This document shows, piece after piece, positions 58,280-64,000 of a stretch of DNA of 64,000 bases; within the stretch, counting starts at the first letter, position 1, and every line of letters begins with the position of its first letter. Source of the DNA: the human T2T-CHM13v2.0 reference genome, Homo sapiens; NCBI RefSeq assembly GCF_009914755.1, contig NC_060933.1; one strand, written 5' to 3'. A program made the position numbers and the translations under genes. Under the pieces are notes generated by a model. The model made no database searches. It was not told the DNA's origin and saw only the letters and a program-made list of their open reading frames with translations.

Positions 58280-59950
58280 GATTGACCCAAAAATGCTAAA
58301 GACACTATTTCTAATAGTATGGAGAACACTGATAGTCCTTGGTGTGAACTGCTTAGAGAGTTATGCAAAATAAATGCATTTGACACCATTCATGAGAGGC
58401 AAGGAGTTTAGTGACTCTACACATAATACCTTTGACTATATGTGGAGAACCAAAGAACATAATGAAGCTGGTTGGTTGCTCCTAAGTTCAGTGGACAAAG
58501 TGATGAAAGAAAATGATGAACTCAGGGATTCTGTCTCCTGGCTTCAGAAGCAGATACTGAGCCTCAGATCTGCTGAGATAGTCCTGAGTGAGAGTCTTAC
58601 CCCCTGTAGAGAAAGAGCTGAAATTGTAGAAAAACAGACACAAGCTCTTATCATGTCAGTGGCTGAACTGCAACAAAATGTGCACGCACAGCCTCACCAG
58701 GTGTCTACCCTTAAAGTGAGGGCATTGACTAGAAAAATAATGGGATCCTGAAACTTGGTTGGGGATGTGTGGGAGGACCCTGATGAAGCTGGGGACACTG
58801 AGTTTGAACATTTTTGCCAGAGGAAACAGCTTCCCCATCCCCAGTAGTGGCAACGTCCCCTCACCAACCCATGCTGCCATCAGCCTTTCCACCTTTGTCT
58901 GAGTAGATAAACCCTATGTTGCCTGAGGCAACAGTGATGGCCTCCCCAGGGATAGTTGCCAGGCAAGATAATGTTGATTCTCCTCAGGAGTCACCCCCAA
59001 CACCCCTGTTTGCTCCTATACCTATAACTAGACTAAAGTCCCAGCAGACCCCTGGAGATGAGGTTGAGAGTGTGACCCATGAGGAGGTCCACTACACTCA
59101 AAAAGAATTGCTTGAGTTTTCTAATTTATGTGAAAAGAAATCTGGAGAACAGGCATGGGAATGGATATTAAGGGTGTGGGATAATGGTGGAAGGAACATA
59201 GAGTTGGATCAGGCAGAATTTCTTGCTTTGGGCCACTAATTAGGGACTCTGCATTTAATGTTGCAGCTCAGGGAGTTAAAAAAAGGTCCTAATAGTTTAT
59301 TTGCTTGGTTAGCTGAAATATAGATTAAAAGATGGCCCATCGTCAGTGAGTGGGAAATCCCTTATCTCCCTTGATTTAAAGTAGAGGAAGGGATCCAAAA
59401 ACTTAGGGAGATTGGGATGGTGAAGTGGATTAGTCACTTTAGACCTACTCATCCCAGCTGGGAGGGTTCAGAAGATAAGCCCTTGGCCAATGACTTGTGA
59501 AATAGAATTGTGAGGGCACGTCCTGCATATTTGAAGAGCCCTGTAATTGCTCTTCTCCGTATGTCATATCTAACAGTGGGAACTGCAGTCTCTCAACTAC
59601 AAAATTTAAATACAATGGGAATCATTGGATCCCGAGGTTGCAGGAGCCAAGTGGTGGCACTCAGCTGTCGAAGGCAAGGTGGGTGTAGCTACTGTAATGC
59701 AGAGCAGAGGTAAAGCGGCAATCAGAATAGTCTGACTCATGTAGAGCTCTGGCATTGGCTAACTAATCATGGTGTTCCTAGAAGTGAAATTGATAGGAAG
59801 CCTACCACCTTCCTACTTAATTTATACAAGCAGAAAAGGTCAAATGGACAAAAGACTAATTTGAATTATAAAAACAGAGAATCACAGCCTCTCAATCAAT
59901 TTCCAGACTTGAGCCAGCTTACAGACCCAGAACCCCATGAATGAAGGGGA
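58280..59950 (+). pseudogene. HERV-L gag remnant
   Basis: GWLLLSSVDKVMKENDELRDS, KSGEQAWEWILRVWDNGGRNIELDQAEF, TVGTAVSQLQNLNTMGIIGSRG; disrupted; ends approximate. Confidence 0.85.
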
Positions 59951-62900
59951 GGCCAGATCCCCTTGAGGAAGGACCCCACTACATTACCATTAACTTATGC
60001 AGTGAATCTTTCTCCCATCCTTCTCCAAGGAGACCTCCGGCCTTTTACCAGGGTAACTATGCATTGGGAAAGGGAAATGATCAGACATTGTGGGGACTAC
60101 TGGACACTGGCTCTCAGCTGATCTTGATTCCAGGGGACCCAAAACACCACTGTGGTCCTCCAGTTAAAGTAGGGGCTTATGGAGGTCGTGTAATTAATGG
60201 AGTTATAGCTCAGGTCTGACTTACAGTGGGTCCAGTGGGTCCCTGGACTTATCCTGTGATTATTTCTCCAGTGCCAGCATGCATAATTGGCATAGACATA
60301 CTTAGCAGCTGGCAGAACACTCACATTGGCTTCCTGACTGGTAGGGTGAGGGCTATGATGGTGGGAAAGGCCAAATGGAAGTCATTAGAGCTGCCTGTAC
60401 ATAGAAAAATAGTAAATCAAAAATAATGTCGCATCCCTGGAGGGACTGCAGAGATTAGTGCCACCACCACGGACCTGAAAGATGCAGGTGTGGTGATTCC
60501 CACCACATCCCCATTCAACTCTCCCATTTGGCCTGTGCAGAAGACAGATGGGTCTGGGAGAATGACAGTGGATTATCATAAGCTTAACCAAGTGGTGACT
60601 CCAATTGCAGCTGCTGTACCAGATGTGGTTTCATTGCTTGAGCAAATGAACACTTCTCCTGGTAACTGGTATGTAGCCATTGGCTTGGCAAATCCCTTTT
60701 TCTCCATTCCTGTCCATATGGCCTACCAGAAACAATTTGCCTTCAGCTGGCAAGGCCAGCAATATACCTTTGTTGTCCTACCTCAGGGGTGTATCAACTC
60801 TCTGGCTTTGTGTCATAATCTTATTTAGAGAGAACTTGATCACTTTTTGCTTCTGCAAGATATCACACTGGTCCATTACATTAATGACATTATGCTGATT
60901 GGATCCAGTGAGCAAGAAGGAGCAAACACACTGGACTTATTGGTGAAACATTTGCATGCCAGAGGATGAGAAATAAATCTGACTAAAATTCAGGGAACTT
61001 CTACCTCAGTAAAATTTCTAGGGGTCCAGTGGTGTGGGGCCTGTTGAGATATTTCTTCTAAGGTGAAGGATAAGTTGCTGCATTTGGCCTCTCCTACAAC
61101 CAAGAAAGAGGCACAATGCCTAGTGGGCCTATTTGGATTTTGGAGGCAACACATTCCTCATTTGGGTGTGTTACTCCAGCCCATTTATCGAGTGATCGGA
61201 AAGGCTGCCAGTTTTGAGTGGGATCCAGAACAGGGCAAGGGTCTGCAACAGGTCCAGGCTGCTGCGCAAGCTGCTCTGCTGCTCGGACCATATGACCCAG
61301 CACATCCAATGGTGTTCCAGGTGTCAGTGGCAGATAGGGATGCTGTTTTGAGCCTTTGGTAGGCCCCCATAGGTGAATCACGGTGCGGGCCTCTAGGACT
61401 TTGGAGCAAGGCTCTGCCATCTTCTGCAGGTAACTACTCTCCTTTTGAGAGACAGCCCTTGGCCTGTTACTAGGCTTTGGTGGAAACTGAATGTTTGACT
61501 ATGGGCCAACAAGACACCATGCAACCTGAACTGCCTATCATGAAGTGGGTGCATTCTGACCCATCTAGCCATAAAGTGGATCATGCACTGCAGCATTCCA
61601 TCATCAAATGGAAGTGGTATATATGTGATTGGGCTCAAGCAGGTCCTGAAGGCACAAGTAAGTTACATGAGGAAGTGGCTCAAATGCCCATGGCCTCCAC
61701 TCCTGCCATCCTGCCTTCTCTTCCCTAGCCTGCACTGATGGCCTCATGGGGAGTTTCCTATGATCAATAGACGGAGGAAGAGAAGACTAGGGTCTGGCTC
61801 ACAGACGGTTCTGCATGATATGCAGGCACCACCTGAAAGTGGACAGCTGCAGCACTACAGTCCCTTTCTAGGACATCCCTGAAGGACAGCAGTGAAGGGA
61901 AATCTTCCCAGTGGGCAGAACTTTGAGCAGTGCAGCTGGCTGTGCACTATACATGAAGGAGAAATTGCCAGATGTGCAATTATATACTGATTCATGGGCT
62001 GTAGCCAATGGTTTGGCTGGATGGCCAGAGACTTGGAAGAAGCATGACTGGAAAATTGGTGACAAGAAAATTTGAGGAAGAGGTATGTGGATGGACCTCT
62101 CTGAGTGGTCAAAAACTGTGAAGATATTTGTATCCCATATGAGTGCTCACCAATGGGTGACCTCAGCAGAGGAGGATTTTAATAATCAAGTGGATAGGAT
62201 GACCTGTTCTGTGGACACCACTCAGCCTCTTTCCCCAGCCACCCCTGTCATCACCCAATGGGTCCATGAACAAAGTGGTCATCATGGCAGGGATGGAGGT
62301 TATGCATGAGCTCAGCAACATGGACTTCCATTCACCAAGGCTGAGCTGGCTATGGCCACTGCTGAGTGCCCAATTTGCCAGCAGCTGAGGCCAACACTGA
62401 GCCCTCGATATGGCACCATTCCTCAGGGTGATCAGCCAGCTACCTGGTGGCAGGTTGATTATAGTGGACCTCTTCCATCATGGAAAGGGCAGAGGTTTGT
62501 CCTCACTGGAATAGACACTTACTCCAGATATGGGTTTGCCTACTCTGCATGCAATGCTTCTGCCAAGACTATCATCCATGGACTCATGGAATGTCTTATC
62601 CACTGGCATGGTACTCCACACAGCATTGCCTCTGACTAAGACACTCACTTAACAGCTAAAGAAGTGTGGCAGTGGGCTCATGCTCATGGAGTTCACTGGT
62701 CTTATCATGTTCCCCATCACCCTGAAGCAGCTGATTGATAGAACGGTGGAATGGCCTTTTGAAGTCACAATTACAATGCCAACTAGGTGACAACACTTTG
62801 CAGGGATGGGGCAAAGTTCTTAAGAAGGCCATGTATGCTCTGAATCAGTGTCCAATATATGGTACTGTTTCTCCCATAGCCAGGATTTACAGGTCCAGGA

Positions 62901-62960
62901 ACCAAGGGGTGGAAGTAGAAGTGACACCACTCACCATCACCCCTAATGACCCATGAGCAA
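59951..62960 (+). pseudogene. HERV-L pro-pol remnant (protease, RT, RNase H, integrase)
   Basis: LLDTGS (60103); [12 protein letters not shown]; LPQGCINS; YINDI at 60877-60891 in place of YIDDI; TDGS and YTDS; HEQSGH...CPICQ; WQVDY...IASD...IERWNG. Confidence 0.92.
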
Positions 62961-62989
62961 AATTTTTCCTTCCTGTTTCCACGACATTA

Positions 62990-63459
62990 TGTTCTGCCAG
63001 CATAGAGGTCTTAGTTCCAGAGAGAGGAATGCTGCCACCAGGAGACACAACAATAATTCCATTAAACTGGGAGTTAAGATTGCCACCTGGACACTTGGGC
63101 TCCTCCTACCTTTAAGTTAACAGGCTAAGAAGGGAGTTACAGTGTTGACTGGGGTGATTGACCCAGACTATCAAGATGAAATTAGTCTACTACTCCACAA
63201 TGGAGGTAAGGAAGAGTATGCATGGAATACAGGAGATCGATTAGGGCATCTCCTAGTATTACCATGCCCTGTGATTCAGGTCAATGGGAAACTACAACAG
63301 ATCAGTCCAGCCAGGACTACAAATGGCCCAGACCCTTTAGGAATAAAGGTTTGGGCCACTCCACCAGGAAAAAAACCACAACCTGCTAAGATGCTTGCTG
63401 AAGGCAAAGGGAATACAGAATGGGTAGTAGAAGACGGTAGTCATCAATATCAGCTATGA
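62990..63459 (+). pseudogene. HERV-L dUTPase remnant and C-terminal extension
   Basis: LPPGDTTIIPLNW.LRLPPGH and GVIDPDYQDEISLLLHNGG lie after integrase, the ERV-L position for dUTPase. Confidence 0.85.
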
Positions 63460-63800
63460 TCACATGACCAGCTGCAGAAATGAGGACTGTAATTGTCATG
63501 ATTATTTCCTCCTTCTGTAAAAACCTGTTTGTGCATGTATATATTTGTACTAAGAAAATATCTTCATTTTATTTCCTGTTTACTTTATCATGTGACATGA
63601 GATTTATTGACTTCACATCAGCATTCAAGTATTGTTAACTTTATGTAATAGTATTTGAGTTGGAGACTGGTACATTTATGGTTGTATGAAGGAAGGATAG
63701 TTGTATTATGTTAGGCATAATTATGACCTTATTATTGTCTTTATTTGAAGATTATGATCTCACGAGATGTGTATGGGTTCAAGTTGGCGAGGGGTGGACT

Positions 63801-64000
63801 TCTGATGGTTAATATTGAGTGTTAACTTGATTGGATTGAAGGATACAAACTTTTGATCCCATGTGTGTCTGTGAGGGTGTTGCCAAAGGAGATTAATATT
63901 TGAGTCAGTGGGCTGGGAAAGGCAGACCCACCCTTAATCTGGGTGGGCACAATCTAATCAGCTTCCAGTGTGGCTACAATATAAGCAGGAAAAAACATGT
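63801..64000 (+). mobile_element. 3' LTR (MLT2A1-like), truncated by the window edge
   Basis: Follows the PPT-like gaggggtggact; aligns ungapped to 57724-57923 with 25 mismatches in 200 nt by manual count. Confidence 0.92.

Larger units (their letters stand above)
57724..64000 (+). mobile_element. HERV-L (ERVL) provirus, near full length, env-less; runs off the window
   Basis: LTR-PBS-gag-pro-RT-RNaseH-IN-dUTPase-PPT-LTR order, all ORFs disrupted. Confidence 0.95.

Noticed and set aside
59300-62320. APOBEC3-type hypermutation of the HERV-L (about six Trp TGG to TAG/TGA stops)
   Set aside because: Trp-to-stop changes are G-to-A in mostly GG context by construction, the count looks compatible with the element's divergence, and many other stops are CpG-type CGA to TGA; a strand-bias test against consensus would be needed

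Overview
Human/primate AT-rich intergenic or intronic DNA made mostly of transposable elements. I find no intact cellular protein-coding gene, RNA gene or CRISPR array; nearly all listed ORFs are TE, pseudogene or chance ORFs. Main components: (1) a full-length, decayed L1PA15/16-like LINE (+, ~9.8-16.0 kb). (2) A minus-strand composite at ~28.6-36.3 kb: a full-length processed CTAGE5/MIA2 (cTAGE/MEA6) retrocopy joined directly to the 3' end of an internally deleted L1PA7/8-like element, apparently nested in the A-tail of an old AluJ. The junction is CpG-rich and the L1 keeps an open ORF0-like antisense ORF. (3) A near-complete env-less HERV-L provirus with MLT2A1-type LTRs (57.7 kb to the window end). 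(4) Ten Alus, solo LTRs (MER57, MER52, MER66, MER65, MLT1), hAT MITEs (MER5, MER20, MER33, MER53), MIR/L2 and old L1M fragments. The most interesting signals are retrotransposition mechanics and local template-switch hairpins. Repeat subfamily names come from recalled consensus sequences, not from a search.
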